From: a virus
Taxonomy: Duplodnaviria > Caudoviricetes
IMG/VR virus record: IMGVR_UViG_3300017565_000013
Span: 1-38,976 of that record
Length of the DNA: 38,976 bases
Reading direction: 5' to 3' (one strand)
The notes below the pieces were generated by a model. It was not told the origin of the DNA, did not search any database, and was given only the letters and a program-made list of their open reading frames with translations. Below, in pieces: positions 9,063 through 19,276 of this stretch (the stretch's first letter is position 1; every line of letters begins with the position of its first letter). The translations under genes were made by a program, and so were the position numbers.

Positions 9063-10742
9063 TCAGGAGGTGAGTTCGGCAGACCAGCCGAGATACGCGG
9101 CAGCGTTAACGCTCTGCATCAAAACAGCGGACCCTGCGGTGAGACCTGATGCGACCTCTGTGGATACCACCGCCGCGAACTTCGTCGTGGTCGTGTTGTG
9201 TGACGGTGGGAGAGAGCACGTGACGCTCGACGGGGCGAACAGTCCATAGTGACCAGCGGTCCCCGATTGTTCAAGCGCGGTCGGCGCCACTCGCATCTCT
9301 ACGGGCAAATTGAACGTGATCGCCGCGACGGTCGCTGACGACGCGTACCCCACAGCGAACGCTCGGGCAGCGGCGCCCGGGGTGATCCGGTAGTAGTACC
9401 GCTGACACGCAAGCATCTCTTGACCGAGAGGGTTCTTTTGGAACGGCGTCGGCGAGACCCCCAGCTCGAACTTTGGTTCTGCCACAGTGCCACCATCGAA
9501 CTCCACCTTGAGGTTCGCTCCGCCAGTCACAGCAATCACAGCCCCTTTGGCGTAGGCGACCCCACCTACTTTGCACGTCGCAGTGCCGGACCACGAGACC
9601 ACATAGTCGCCGGTCACGAGGTTAGTGCCCTCGATGATCTGCTCGACACCGCCTGCTGGTGCGGTAACAGTTCGCCGGCCGCCCGAGTCAGTCCACGAGA
9701 TATTTTGCCCCGAGGTGAGCACGCGCCAGCGGTCAAGTGTGTACGTGTTTGCCGCGCCCACGTTTGTGCCGCTGACGTACGCCCGCTGGTTTACTCGGAA
9801 ACATGGGTTGATAAGCAGGTTGATCCCTGATCCGCCGCCGCTCGACGACATCACGCCGTCACCGTCGATGGTCAGACCCTCGCCGATAGTAATCGCCTGC
9901 GGCTGACCGCCCGATGAACTGTTGCGCCCGATCAGCGTGGCCGCAGGCAGGTCGGCCAATTTCTCCAGCGTGACGGCGCCGTCTGCAATGTCGCTGACCA
10001 ATTGAGGCAGTGCCTGACCGTATCGCGCTACGACGTTGTCCGTCCCGGCCGATGGCGCGCTGACCATCGTGATCGTCTTGCTGTCAACGTCGTAGGTGAA
10101 GTGTAGGCCTGGCGCTTGCGGGACACCATTGATTCGCAGATCGATATTCGATGCGGTTCCTGCGTCGTACTCCAACACGAAGTCTCGATTTGTGCCGTCG
10201 CCGCTGAACACTCGGGTTCGCCATTGTGCGTAGGCGACATTGACCCCCATGTCCTCAAGATTGTAGTTGCGCAGAGCCACCCCACTCTCATCCCACCCGA
10301 TCAGCGTGGAGGCTTGGGGGTTCGGCAGCTGGTTATCCACCCCATCGGGCACCGAGATGCCCATAATCAGGGTTCTGTCGATCTGCTCTTGCAGTTGCTG
10401 ATCGATCATCGTGAGCTTGTCGAGAGCGCGTTCGTGCGTTTCAGCAGGGAAAGGGTCGCCGCTGATGTAATCGGTCTCCTGGGTCAGCTCAACCTCGCGG
10501 AAAAGCACCAGGCGCTGACCCAGCGCGGGGGCAACGGTCAACGTAACATCACCTCCCTCGTCATCGCCTGCCCCCGTGACGGTGTAGTCCGTCCCTTGAC
10601 TAAGCGGAACGGTCGATTCGTCAGCAAGCACGAGGACTGCGGAGAGATCGCTCGCGAGAAGGAATCGATACGGGAACGCGAAGACCGTTGTGGCGCCATT
10701 TCCGGCGTACTCGATCTTGCGCTGCGTGGTGCTGATGGTCAT
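9063..10742 (-). CDS. Tail fiber with T7 gp17-like N-terminal anchor
   Basis: YAGNGATTVFAFPY...HERALDKLTMIDQQ anchor; C-terminal NLLINPCFRVNQR...DRW...CQRYY domain. Confidence 0.85.
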   Translation of the reverse strand: MTISTTQRKIEYAGNGATTVFAFPYRFLLASDLSAVLVLADESTVPLSQGTDYTVTGAGDDEGGDVTLTVAPALGQRLVLFREVELTQETDYISGDPFPAETHERALDKLTMIDQQLQEQIDRTLIMGISVPDGVDNQLPNPQASTLIGWDESGVALRNYNLEDMGVNVAYAQWRTRVFSGDGTNRDFVLEYDAGTASNIDLRINGVPQAPGLHFTYDVDSKTITMVSAPSAGTDNVVARYGQALPQLVSDIADGAVTLEKLADLPAATLIGRNSSSGGQPQAITIGEGLTIDGDGVMSSSGGGSGINLLINPCFRVNQRAYVSGTNVGAANTYTLDRWRVLTSGQNISWTDSGGRRTVTAPAGGVEQIIEGTNLVTGDYVVSWSGTATCKVGGVAYAKGAVIAVTGGANLKVEFDGGTVAEPKFELGVSPTPFQKNPLGQEMLACQRYYYRITPGAAARAFAVGYASSATVAAITFNLPVEMRVAPTALEQSGTAGHYGLFAPSSVTCSLPPSHNTTTTKFAAVVSTEVASGLTAGSAVLMQSVNAAAYLGWSAELTS

Positions 10743-10753
10743 GGATCAATTCC

Positions 10754-13618
10754 TCAACGGGAGAACATCACAGGGGGTTCTGCGCGACGCTCGTACTCGC
10801 GGTCGATCACCCGCTGGGTTCCAATCAGACCCGATTGTACGAGCCATGCGTGGATCTGCCGAGCCTGCATCGCGGCCTTGGCAGGATCGTCAGTTTTCGA
10901 CAGCAGGAGCGTCATTTTTTCGGGGTCCATCATGGCCTCAGCGAGCACCTTGTTGACAGACCCAGTGGGAATCTTGGTCATCGCCTCCTCGGCCAGCCGG
11001 GCGCCCGCGCCGTGCACGATCAGTGACGGGGTGCTGGAACCAAACATGCGCGCCACCGAGCCGGCAGCACCCGAGCCAATCATCCGACTCAGCGTAGCCG
11101 TAGCGACGTCGGTGACGCTGTTCTTGATGTCCACCGCAGTTCCCGGTTTCTGCGAACGCGCGATGTTGTCGGCGGCGTCGAACAACTGCTTGAGGCTCGA
11201 CACCTCTTTCGCATCGACAATCCCCTGCTCCTGCATGACCGCCAGCAGCGGCTTCTTGCCGACGCTGGTGGGCACCGTGAGGTACTGGCGCATCTGGTCG
11301 ATGTTGAGCACGCCGTTGCGGTCGCGCGAGTTGTCGAGCATCTGGTTGTAGAGCGCCGCCTTGAGGCCGGCCACCGACTCTTTCGGATCGATGGTGATGC
11401 GACCGCCTCGCCCCGTTCCGCCGCCCTTGGCGATGTTGATGAGGCGCGTGATCTCGGCTTCCTGATCCCCCGACACCAGAACGCGCTGCGCCGCCTTCTT
11501 TGCGGCCTCGGCGCGCTGGATCGGGTTGCCGTTGGCTCCCAGGAGCGATGAGAACGCGCCTTGTCGCGCGATGATATCCTCGACGCCCTTGGCGCGGTTC
11601 TGGAGCTGGCGCATACGGTCCTCGGACTTCACCGCTGCGAGCATGTCCGTCTTCACCTCGGGGAAGCGACTCAGTAGGGTCGGGTTGTCGCGGATGAACT
11701 TGCTCACGCGCTCCGGGCTGATCCGACCCGTCAGCGGGTCCACCGTGTCAGCCGCTGCCAGGCGGAAGATTCGCTCCTGCGCGTCGAGCATCATGCGGTA
11801 CGAGGTGTCGTCGGTGAAGCCGCGGGTATTGAGGAAACGAGTGGCTTCTTCGAGCTGCTGCATCTGCAGCGCGCCGGCCTCCTTGCCGGTGGCCAGGGCC
11901 TTGCGCAGCAGCACCTCGGGCGCCACACGGTCGCCGTACTTACCGGTGCCAGTGACCTTGCCCACGAACGTGCGGGTAAACACCTCGTTGAACTCTCGGG
12001 TGAACGCGCGGGCCTCGTCGTAGGCTGTGTCGCCGCCAGCCCGGAACGCCGCGTCCATGTCGTCCAGCACCGCCTCGGCAAGATCGCTGTAGATTCGCTC
12101 CATCCCCACCTGGTCAGGATCGCGCGACGCGGCGCGAGCCATGCTCAGAAGCTCGGAGCGCAGCTTGCGCATCTCACCCGCGTTGGTGCCGGCCGGTGCA
12201 CCCTCGATCGGCAGCACCGACATGGTCTCAGGGTCGTAGCGGAACTCGCCGTCCCCTTCCTTCGACACGCGGGTCAGGAAGTCGCGTACGACCGCGGGCA
12301 TCTTCTTCCCGCGCAGCTCGGGCAGCGTGTCGGCGATGATCTCATCGTAGGTCTGCTGCAGGTTCGTCGTGGCGACAGGTCGAGTGCCGTCTACCGCCTC
12401 CCACAGACCCTTTTCAGCAGCGCGCGAGGCCTCGATGGATTTGTCCAGCGCCTCGCGCGCCTGCAGACTCAGCCGCTCGCGCGCATCCGGCGTGTCCTTG
12501 GCGATCTTGCCCGCCTTGGTCAGCGCCTCTCGCTCGGCGACAGCGATCGAGTCCGTCATGAGCTTGCGATAGTAAGTCTGACGTAGCTCAGCGGCAGCAG
12601 AAATGGCCGCGGGGTCGCCGGTCTTGATCAGCCCTTCCATTAACCCTCTCGTGGCATCAAGACTGTCGCGGGCCATCTGAGCCGCCTCGGCGCCGAATTG
12701 CCGGCTATAACGAGCAAGGTGATTTTCCAATGCGCCGAGGGCCAATGATCCGGTCTTTTGCGCCCCGGTTCGACTCACCCCTTCCTCCTCCAGCAAACCA
12801 GACGCCTTGAGCGCGCGAGAAAGCGCCACCGGGTCTTCACCGGTGACGGCCAGGATCTCGCTTAGGCGCTTCGCGGCCTGCGTCTCCATTGCTGCAGGAC
12901 TCATGCTGCTGAGCGCACGACGGCCGATGTCAATTGCTTTTCGGGAAGCTGCGATGGACATCCCTACCGGGTTCGTTCCACCAACCAGCTCAGCGACTCC
13001 CCGGATGTCCTGCCGCCCGGGCGCTGCTGATTCCGCTGCCCCGGCGAGCGTTGCCGAAGAAGTCGCCAGCGACGCCTCCGCTGCAGCAGTGGTAGCAGGT
13101 CGGCGCATCGCGGTATTCACGATGCTGTTGAGAAATCTTCCCACCGCCTGAGTTCCGAACGTGTAGCCGACCTCGCCGACCTCTCGTTCGATGGACCTGA
13201 GCCCTGCTGCGCCTGCCGCGAATGGGGCGACCGCGAACGGCACCGCGCCACCCAGCGACTCGCCTGCCACGCCGAATCGGCGAAGCTCAGGGGACATCTG
13301 TTGGGGCGAGGGGAGCCCAACGGAATCGGAGGCCATCTCGCCCGCGAACGCTCCAGCCACCGCGCCCCCGATACCGCCGACCGCCGTCCCTATGGGTCCG
13401 AACGTCGAACCGATCGTGGCACCCGAGAGGCCGCCCGCCAGCGCGCCTGAGCCCTGCAGCACGCCGCGCCCCGCGCCTTGCGCCGCCGCACCAATCGCGC
13501 CTCCAGCCGTGGCCTTTTTCGGCCCGGCCGGGTCGGCGTATTTGGAGAAGTCGATCTCGCCGGCAGGGTCCGACTTGGCGACCGGGTCGGCGTATTTGGA
13601 GAAGTCGATGTCGGCCAT
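10754..13618 (-). CDS. Large internal virion (DNA ejection) protein, 954 aa
   Basis: Position in podovirus order; Ala/Gly-rich helical; N-terminal glycine-zipper-like segment. Confidence 0.75.
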   Translation of the reverse strand: MADIDFSKYADPVAKSDPAGEIDFSKYADPAGPKKATAGGAIGAAAQGAGRGVLQGSGALAGGLSGATIGSTFGPIGTAVGGIGGAVAGAFAGEMASDSVGLPSPQQMSPELRRFGVAGESLGGAVPFAVAPFAAGAAGLRSIEREVGEVGYTFGTQAVGRFLNSIVNTAMRRPATTAAAEASLATSSATLAGAAESAAPGRQDIRGVAELVGGTNPVGMSIAASRKAIDIGRRALSSMSPAAMETQAAKRLSEILAVTGEDPVALSRALKASGLLEEEGVSRTGAQKTGSLALGALENHLARYSRQFGAEAAQMARDSLDATRGLMEGLIKTGDPAAISAAAELRQTYYRKLMTDSIAVAEREALTKAGKIAKDTPDARERLSLQAREALDKSIEASRAAEKGLWEAVDGTRPVATTNLQQTYDEIIADTLPELRGKKMPAVVRDFLTRVSKEGDGEFRYDPETMSVLPIEGAPAGTNAGEMRKLRSELLSMARAASRDPDQVGMERIYSDLAEAVLDDMDAAFRAGGDTAYDEARAFTREFNEVFTRTFVGKVTGTGKYGDRVAPEVLLRKALATGKEAGALQMQQLEEATRFLNTRGFTDDTSYRMMLDAQERIFRLAAADTVDPLTGRISPERVSKFIRDNPTLLSRFPEVKTDMLAAVKSEDRMRQLQNRAKGVEDIIARQGAFSSLLGANGNPIQRAEAAKKAAQRVLVSGDQEAEITRLINIAKGGGTGRGGRITIDPKESVAGLKAALYNQMLDNSRDRNGVLNIDQMRQYLTVPTSVGKKPLLAVMQEQGIVDAKEVSSLKQLFDAADNIARSQKPGTAVDIKNSVTDVATATLSRMIGSGAAGSVARMFGSSTPSLIVHGAGARLAEEAMTKIPTGSVNKVLAEAMMDPEKMTLLLSKTDDPAKAAMQARQIHAWLVQSGLIGTQRVIDREYERRAEPPVMFSR
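13528..13609. repeat. Identical 28-bp direct repeat (13528-13555, 13582-13609) encoding IDFSKYADP twice
   Basis: ccgggtcggcgtatttggagaagtcgat occurs twice. Confidence 0.9.
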
Positions 13619-13621
13619 GTG

Positions 13622-15559
13622 TCAGCGCTTCGTGTACTCGTTGCCCTTGGCGTCCATGAAGCGCGTGCCGGACGGAAGCGCCTGCACTTCTTCTTCGGTA
13701 CGCACGACGGGAGGGATTCCCAGCTTGCCCATGAAGTTGTCAATAGCCGCGATCCGATCCATAGCCGCGCGGCGCTCCTCGATGCTCACCTCGGCGTTGA
13801 GCGTGCGCTGCGCGTCGGCCTTACGGTCTGCCAGCGACTGCGCGATACCGATCAGCTTGGCCTCGAACGACTCCTGGCTGCGGAAGATCTCGGGCGCGAT
13901 GCTGATCTCCTTCTCGATCGCCTGACGTTCGCCTTCGGTGAACCTGGGGTTGTTCTGCAGCACGCGCACGAGATCGCGCGATGCGCCTTCCACATAGGTT
14001 CGGTCTGCGTCAGCCTGCTGCACTTCCGCTTCCCCGAACGCAAACCCCGCCGCGGCCGGGCCAACGCCGGGTACGCGGTTCAGGCCCGACTTCGCTGCGG
14101 CAACCGGGCCGGCGACGTTCTGACGACGCTCCCAGATCGTGCGACCAGATTCGCCGGCCGCGCGAGAAGTCGTCGGGGTCTGCGACGGCGCAGGGGTCGT
14201 CGGATTCGGGTCGGTGATCGACCACGTGCCGTCAGGACCGACCGTTGCGGGTCCAATGGTGCGGCCGTCGGGGAGCGTGAGTTGTACCTGCTGACCCGGC
14301 GTCATGGTGCCACCCTGAGCCGGCGCGGCGCCGCCTCCCATACCTTGAGGGGCTGCGGGAGCGCTGACGCCGCCGTAGTAGCCGCGACCCTGGTTCAGCG
14401 CCTGCGTCACGAACGTGGGGATCGTCGGGGTGATCTTGGTCCACTGACCGGTCGCGGGGTCCTGGCGCTCCACCGGCTTATACGCCTCTGCGTACATCAC
14501 CTCGTACTGGCGCGCCTGATCGGGCGATAGCATGCCGTTGGCATATGCCACCGAGTTGTCCGTGACGTACTGGAGCGCACGACCCTGGAGGCTGTTGCCG
14601 AAGCTGCTGACTCCGTTGGCCGTGTCGACGCTGTAGAACTCATTCACCACGGCCTGCGATGCGGGCTTACCCGTCACCAGTTCATACTCGGTGATCTTGT
14701 CCGCGATGGACATGTTCTTGCGCTCCGGCAGATCGCGCGCGCGTTGGATCTCTTCTGGCGTCAGATCGCGACGAGCGAGCTGCGAGAGGCGGCGCACGTT
14801 CGAGGCCTGCCGCTGCTGCTCGACCTCCGCCTTTCGCTCCTCAACCACTACGTCGATGCCGAACTTACGCGAGGCGTCGGGGGTCAAGTACTTCTTGACC
14901 TCGGGGTTCTCCATGAGCGCCTTGGCCGACTGGTATTGACCGCGAGTCAGCAGGTTGGAGATTGCACCGGTGGCGATCTGCGATCGGCCAGCGTCCTTGT
15001 ACTGCGCCGCCTGCGCTGGAGACAGTGCGTCGCCGAGCATGTTGATTTCCGAGTCGAGGACGCCGAACATGTCAGTGAGCTTGTCCGGCGCGAACACCGC
15101 GTCATTGGCCAGCTCGTTCGCTTTCTGCTCGACGCGTCGACCGATGAACTGCTGCTGCGCCTTCACCTGCGCGGCCATCGCAGACTTTGCGTACTGTCCG
15201 ACTTGGTTCTCGATCTGCGCCTGCAGCTCGGCACGCGATGCGCTGGTGCCGCCGTGGCGCTTGAGGATGTCCCCGGCCTTCTGGCGCAGACCTTGCTGGA
15301 ACGAATCCACCGTGTCCTTGCGCGCGATGTCCTCGGTGTCCTGCACAGCCTGCAGTGCCTGCTGTGCGACCTGATCGAACTCGTTCATGAGCTGCACGCG
15401 TTCGATCACGTCCTCGCGGCGCTTGATCTGCATGCCGAGATCCATCGCGACCTCGCCCATCTGACCCATCGCCTGCGCGGCGCCGGCCCCGAAAGCCTGA
15501 GCATCCGCGCGCACGCCGGGCGTGGTCGTCTGCTGCTCGTACATGTTCAGTTTTGCCAT
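13622..15559 (-). CDS. Internal virion (ejection) protein, 645 aa
   Basis: GAGGGA RBS before MAKLNMYEQ; Q/A-rich helical; located between the gp14-like gene and the large ejection protein. Confidence 0.75.
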   Translation of the reverse strand: MAKLNMYEQQTTTPGVRADAQAFGAGAAQAMGQMGEVAMDLGMQIKRREDVIERVQLMNEFDQVAQQALQAVQDTEDIARKDTVDSFQQGLRQKAGDILKRHGGTSASRAELQAQIENQVGQYAKSAMAAQVKAQQQFIGRRVEQKANELANDAVFAPDKLTDMFGVLDSEINMLGDALSPAQAAQYKDAGRSQIATGAISNLLTRGQYQSAKALMENPEVKKYLTPDASRKFGIDVVVEERKAEVEQQRQASNVRRLSQLARRDLTPEEIQRARDLPERKNMSIADKITEYELVTGKPASQAVVNEFYSVDTANGVSSFGNSLQGRALQYVTDNSVAYANGMLSPDQARQYEVMYAEAYKPVERQDPATGQWTKITPTIPTFVTQALNQGRGYYGGVSAPAAPQGMGGGAAPAQGGTMTPGQQVQLTLPDGRTIGPATVGPDGTWSITDPNPTTPAPSQTPTTSRAAGESGRTIWERRQNVAGPVAAAKSGLNRVPGVGPAAAGFAFGEAEVQQADADRTYVEGASRDLVRVLQNNPRFTEGERQAIEKEISIAPEIFRSQESFEAKLIGIAQSLADRKADAQRTLNAEVSIEERRAAMDRIAAIDNFMGKLGIPPVVRTEEEVQALPSGTRFMDAKGNEYTKR

Positions 15560-15566
15560 GTGTCCC

Positions 15567-16130
15567 TCAACGGATTCGACCGTAGCCACTCAGGAGCGAC
15601 GTTCCGGCCATTAGATTGCCCTGACGACGCGCCTGACGCCCCTGCATCCCGTAGATTGAGGACTGCAGTTGACCTCCGTACTCGGTGTTGAGCGCGTCGA
15701 TTTCCGAGTTGGCTGCGGACTCGGCCAGAATCATGAGCGGCGTTCCCGCACTCGTCGCGCCCGACTTGCCGATCTGTGCGCGGATGCTGCCGAGCCGACG
15801 CATCCCCAATTCTCGAACCGCGCGAGCTTTCGAGTCGGCCTCTATGCGGGCCTGCTCGGCGTTGAATTTGGCGGCGTTCTCTGCAGCGCCCCCCTGCTGG
15901 ATCGCGGAGATGGTGCTGAGCGCAGTGCCGGCAGCCGAGAGGTATGTGCCGAGGCCCCATCCAGACGCGCCCGCCGCACCAGCCGCTCCCGCCCCCGCTG
16001 CCGCAGCAGTGCCGGCACCAGCCGCGGCAGCGGTACCTGCGCCAGCGGCTGCGGCGGTCCCTGCACCCGCAGCAGCACCGCCACCGGCGGCACCACCGAG
16101 CCCCGCGAAAAGCGTCTCGAAACCACTCAT
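15567..16130 (-). CDS. Small internal virion protein (T7 gp14-like position)
   Basis: Gly/Ala-rich hydrophobic N-terminus; SGATSAGTPL motif; synteny. Confidence 0.75.
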   Translation of the reverse strand: MSGFETLFAGLGGAAGGGAAAGAGTAAAAGAGTAAAAGAGTAAAAGAGAAGAAGASGWGLGTYLSAAGTALSTISAIQQGGAAENAAKFNAEQARIEADSKARAVRELGMRRLGSIRAQIGKSGATSAGTPLMILAESAANSEIDALNTEYGGQLQSSIYGMQGRQARRQGNLMAGTSLLSGYGRIR

Positions 16131-16558
16131 GACCTGATCCTCACGAATTCGAGCATGTCGGCCCCGTCAGGGCGAAACGCTCGCTTGTACGACTCTAGCT
16201 CGAAGCCCAACATCCTCATCCACCGGATACCCGCGCTGAACCCAACGTCCACGTGGGCCTCGATGCGCCGGTACGGTGCAATCACGAGCTGACGGTGGAC
16301 TGCTCGGTGGATCGCCGCGAAGTGGCGCCCCGCCTCCTCACTGATCAGCATCCAGGCAACTGCCCGATTGTGCCATTGGGGCAACAGTCCACCGCAAGCC
16401 ACCACATTGTCCCCGGTATCGGCCGACCACGCCAGTCCGAGTTCGGACAGTGGGGTTAGATCTGCCGTGCTCACGTCGCCAATGTCTGCGATGTAGCGTT
16501 GCGCCGGCTGGAGCACCACGCGCTCCGAGTCGCCGAGGCGCCATGGTCTAACGATCAT
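16127..16558 (-). CDS. GNAT-like acetyltransferase-fold virion assembly protein (T7 gp13-like position)
   Basis: VVACGG...AWML...RIEAHVDVGFSAGIRWMRMLGFE; follows tail tubular B. Confidence 0.75.
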   Translation of the reverse strand: MIVRPWRLGDSERVVLQPAQRYIADIGDVSTADLTPLSELGLAWSADTGDNVVACGGLLPQWHNRAVAWMLISEEAGRHFAAIHRAVHRQLVIAPYRRIEAHVDVGFSAGIRWMRMLGFELESYKRAFRPDGADMLEFVRIRS

Positions 16559-18704
16559 AGGTGTCCATCTGGGGCATCAACGCCACGATGGTACACGGCA
16601 GCGGGAGGCGGTGCTCAACGGCGACCTGTGCACCTTTCTGGTACTCGCCCGGCCACGGGAGAGTCGGCGTATCACCAGTCAGCAACGGCAGCGCTTCGTC
16701 CATGTCATTGTTGCTGCTACGCATCTGTAGCTCATCCATCGTCACGCCGTCGCCGTACCATAGGCCCGCGCCAGTCTGGAAAAGGCGCATCGTGACGTTG
16801 TGGATACGCTGGGTCTTGCCCTGAGCCACCCCGTCGCGCGCCCCGGCCTCGATAGGCATGGTCATGATCTTGGCTGTGTACGGCAGACCCACGCTGACGA
16901 CCGACCCCGGACGGTTCAATTCGATCTCGCCGCTCTGAACCACGCGGTTCGGGTGGGTTGATCCGTCAACCAACACCGCCACCTCTTCTCCTTCGAGGTG
17001 GCCGAGTCCACTGATCGTCGAAGTGGGGGCTCCGCTGTAGGTGAGACCGCTGTCGAGGAAGAACGATCGCGCCCCCGTGAGATATTTCTCAAGGTATTCG
17101 ACATAACGCTTGGTCTGACCGTTGACTGTGCGTCTCACGATCATCCACGTCACGTCCTGATCGCCGTCCCAGTGAGGGAGAGAGATCATCGACTCCACTG
17201 CCCCACCAACGTTGTGACGATGCCATCCGACAACATCCTCGGCACGCTCGTAGGTCATCCCGAGCAGCACACCGTCTGTGCGCGCGGCCCATACGATTTG
17301 CGTGGGCTCCTGCTGATACGTCATGTCAACGATCCCGGCCTCGGCCAGGTGCTCGGACAGAATCGTCAGGTTCGGTGCGACGTAGGAGTCAGTCTCGAAG
17401 TTGTAGGTGTACTCACGCAGCTTGCGCGCCGAGCGTTGCACGAAGATGATCGAGCTGGCGATGCGTAGGGGGCGCACGTTGCCGACGCACCCATAGGTCG
17501 TCTGCGGCTGAATCATCACGCTGCTCGGCGTGATGGGGCTGTTGATGTCGTTGGCGCGGATCGTGAACTCTCCGCCATAGGTTCCGATAGCGAGCACCTT
17601 ACCGGGCGCGAGCCAGGAGATCGTGTTCAAGTCTTGCGTGTTGATGGTGTACATCAACGAGTCGTCGTCGTTCGTGCCGCGTTTGAAGTTCTCGTAATCG
17701 CTGACCGTCGATGCCCACAGGGTCTGAGGCTTGCGCGAGCTTCCCCCGAACCACAACCGGTCCTCGTAGAACGTGACCACCCGAGGGTAGCCGCGCGACG
17801 GGGACCAGTCCCCCTTGGCCCACTTCACCGACGTTGACGTATGAGGGACGCGAGAAATGACGGTCACGCTGACCGAGGTTCCGCTGGTGTAGCCGGTGAT
17901 CTGCGCATACCCCTGCCCGTCGTGCAGGAACGTCCAATTGATGCTGCCGTCTGACTTGGTGCCCTCGGTATGCACCGGGGGTAGATTCCCCGACGTTCCA
18001 GACCCCTGCGCCTCGTACACGTTGCCGAGGTGCTGCACCACGTTGCCCGCCGAATACGACGATGCGTTGGCGATCCACGGCGAGTAGTCGTTCGCCACAT
18101 CCGTCTGCAGTTGGATGTACGTGCCGACATCGCTCGCCACGAAGATGCTGCTCGACGCGGTGACGGTGGTGTTGCCGGTGACCGCGCCGAACGATATCGT
18201 GGTGGACGTGGTGTTGCGGTCGTCGAATGCCGGGGACCGGAAGTTCACCGGCGTGATGGTCCAGGCTGTCGGTCCGGTACGCGAGAGCTTGTTTGGGTGG
18301 TGCCCCGGGTGCGAGATGTAGACCACATCGGCGGACTGCGCGAAGCTCAGCAGCGGCAGGTCGGCGGACGAGTAGGGGCTGACGATCTCGTAGGGAGTGC
18401 CGGGAGAGGACTCGACGATCCCGCCGTTCGTGTAGAAGCGGATGTACTCGTCGCCGAATTCCAGCGCGTAGGCTTGCTCGGTGCTGAACTCGAAGGGGAT
18501 CAGGCGCGTGAAGTCCGCGGAGTCTTTCACCTCGTGAACGAACCGCGTGCCGGGTCGCTTGCGCACAGGCCCGAAGACCTGTGGCGTGAAGTTCTCCATG
18601 ACCTCGCAGCCGTTGCGGTACTTCTCAAGGTCGATGCGGCCGGCGAGCTGCGGGGACAGTTCACCAGCGTTGAATGCGTTCTGGATCGGAGAACTTCTCG
18701 CCAC
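16548..18704 (-). CDS. Tail tubular protein B (nozzle)
   Basis: FNAGELSPQLAGRID..., FAQSADV, GYPRVVTFYEDRLWFGG, VGWHRH, VGLPY. Confidence 0.9.
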   Translation of the reverse strand: MARSSPIQNAFNAGELSPQLAGRIDLEKYRNGCEVMENFTPQVFGPVRKRPGTRFVHEVKDSADFTRLIPFEFSTEQAYALEFGDEYIRFYTNGGIVESSPGTPYEIVSPYSSADLPLLSFAQSADVVYISHPGHHPNKLSRTGPTAWTITPVNFRSPAFDDRNTTSTTISFGAVTGNTTVTASSSIFVASDVGTYIQLQTDVANDYSPWIANASSYSAGNVVQHLGNVYEAQGSGTSGNLPPVHTEGTKSDGSINWTFLHDGQGYAQITGYTSGTSVSVTVISRVPHTSTSVKWAKGDWSPSRGYPRVVTFYEDRLWFGGSSRKPQTLWASTVSDYENFKRGTNDDDSLMYTINTQDLNTISWLAPGKVLAIGTYGGEFTIRANDINSPITPSSVMIQPQTTYGCVGNVRPLRIASSIIFVQRSARKLREYTYNFETDSYVAPNLTILSEHLAEAGIVDMTYQQEPTQIVWAARTDGVLLGMTYERAEDVVGWHRHNVGGAVESMISLPHWDGDQDVTWMIVRRTVNGQTKRYVEYLEKYLTGARSFFLDSGLTYSGAPTSTISGLGHLEGEEVAVLVDGSTHPNRVVQSGEIELNRPGSVVSVGLPYTAKIMTMPIEAGARDGVAQGKTQRIHNVTMRLFQTGAGLWYGDGVTMDELQMRSSNNDMDEALPLLTGDTPTLPWPGEYQKGAQVAVEHRLPLPCTIVALMPQMDTYDR

Positions 18705-18705
18705 G

Positions 18706-19266
18706 TCAGTACCTCACCGCGATCCACTCGTCCTCTTGGAACGACTGCGGGGGGTTCTCCTGCCCATCGGCGCGCTTGGCGTCGGTGAATGCCTGGTCGA
18801 ACTCCTCCCAGAGCGCCCCTTTCTTGGTGTTGCTCTGCGTCAGCGCCTCGCACATCTCGTAGGCCAGGCGCGTCGTCACCGCGTCCGAGAACAGGGTCTC
18901 GTACTTGTTCGGGTCTTCGATGCGCGCAACGTAGCGGATGTACAGCGTCGAGGCGTTGGCCAGGATGGTCTTGGCCTCGACCTGGTACTCACCGGCGTGC
19001 AGGTCGCGCACCTCAAGCAGGCGCAGACAGTCCGTGGGGATCTGGAACCGTGCACTGAACCCCCATGCAGGAGGCGGGTTAGTCGGTGCCAGGATGCCGC
19101 GCGTTACCGCGAAGTTCCACGGGTGCTGACGCAGCATGCGGTCGCGCACCAGCGGCCAGTTTCGCAGGCACAGGTTCGCCGCCTTGTTGCCGTCCTGTAG
19201 GGACGTGATGGGGCCGTGCCCGAGCTTGTCGAGCGCGCTGTTGCAGATATCGACGACGGAGGGCAC
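18706..19266 (-). CDS. Tail tubular protein A (adaptor)
   Basis: SVVDICNSALDKLG...HPWNFA...PTDCLRL. Confidence 0.88.
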   Translation of the reverse strand: MPSVVDICNSALDKLGHGPITSLQDGNKAANLCLRNWPLVRDRMLRQHPWNFAVTRGILAPTNPPPAWGFSARFQIPTDCLRLLEVRDLHAGEYQVEAKTILANASTLYIRYVARIEDPNKYETLFSDAVTTRLAYEMCEALTQSNTKKGALWEEFDQAFTDAKRADGQENPPQSFQEDEWIAVRY

Positions 19267-19276
19267 GGCCTACCCC

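Noticed and set aside
8143-10742. Diversity-generating retroelement, suggested by the BPP-1-like virion genes
   Set aside because: No reverse transcriptase ORF, and no adenine-variable TR/VR repeat pair noticed near the fiber genes
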